Both the position numbers and the translations under genes were made by a program. The notes beneath the pieces are model-generated. The model did not search any database and was not told the DNA's origin. It saw only the letters and a list, made by a program, of their open reading frames with translations. From NCBI GenBank assembly GCA_028534125.1, contig CM052816.1, positions 82,772,001 through 82,836,000 on the forward strand: a stretch of 64,000 nucleotides of DNA. The letters are read 5' to 3'. How positions within the stretch are numbered: the stretch's first letter is position 1; every line of letters starts with the position of its first letter. This stretch comes from Lama glama. Taxonomy: Eukaryota. Shown here in pieces: positions 63,141 through 64,000 of the stretch.

Positions 63141-64000
63141 ACCCTATCAGTGGTCATTTTGTCTATATTTTACTAAAAAGGAAATCTCAGACATCTAAAT
63201 CTATAGGCAAATAGTACAATAAATTGTTATTTTCAAAACCAACTTTAACATAGTCCAGTACGATTGCTGAAACTTTCCTAACACTATGCAATTTAGCTAA
63301 ACTGTATGGAATTTAATTACTGGCCAGGTATTCAGGATATTTGTTTGTTATAAGGTATAGGCTCTGGATTTGTAGAGTTTAGACACTGACACTTCTCTAT
63401 TTTCAAAATAAGAAATCTCTAGGAAACCTTAATATCTATAACACCAGGTGATTCTATGATTTCAAGCAGAGGTACCATTATATTGACATATATGGCAGTG
63501 ATGCAGTGGGTTGCTACTGTCTAAGTCTAGCGAGGATATATCATGGTAACTAAGATTTCTCCTGTCCTTTCTAGAGTCAAAATAACATGGACTTAAAATA
63601 ATAACTCATCTCAGGAAAAACATACAAGAGAAGGAAATGTGAAAAATTAAATATCCTTTTGAATATTTTTCATCTTTTCTATGGTATTTTTATTTGATTT
63701 AAATTGAAAATGATTCAATGGAATAATTACACTTTTCTTTTATCATAGTAAGAGTGATTCAATAATTGCAGTGACCACAGCATATAATTAGAGAAACGTA
63801 TTTTAGAAAAATTAAAAAGCAAATGTATTGAGATCCTTAGTACACTAGGGAATGAAAGACTATAATACAGAGACCCATTCATGTGAGTCAGTCTTTACAT
63901 TTATTCAAATAATAAAATTTCTTTTTTAAGTTAGAAAAATGTTGTGAAAGAACAATGAAAGACTTCCTTCAACTCTGTAATTGATTGGAATGCACAATAA

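Noticed and set aside
1..64000. The many 60-155 aa ORFs in the supplied track as host genes
   Set aside because: They are short, many use non-ATG starts, they are compositionally biased (F/L/I/K), many lie inside TEs or microsatellites, and only the L1-derived ones resemble known proteins

Overview
This is AT-rich, CpG-depleted mammalian intergenic or deep-intronic DNA, not a prokaryotic locus. I find no host protein-coding gene, RNA gene, CpG island or CRISPR array. A tRNA-derived SINE at 40094-40225 and the 3' UTR of a young L1 (4521-5881) point to a cetartiodactyl, most likely a camelid. A large part of the window is recognisable transposable-element debris: L1 of several ages, L2, MIR, MaLR/ERVL LTRs (MLT1, MLT2, LTR33-like), one intact ERV1-type solo LTR, and hAT and Tigger DNA transposons. 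The only ORFs with recognisable protein similarity are L1 fragments. The most notable structures are: (i) two diverged copies of an unassigned ~288-bp element with terminal inverted repeats, one of them innermost in a four-level TE nest; (ii) a TSD-flanked L1 that appears to lack its normal 3' end; (iii) an L1 with a 5' inversion of twin-priming type; (iv) weak splice-signal candidates. I found no convincing new biological system. Family names come from recalled consensus sequences, not from a database search.
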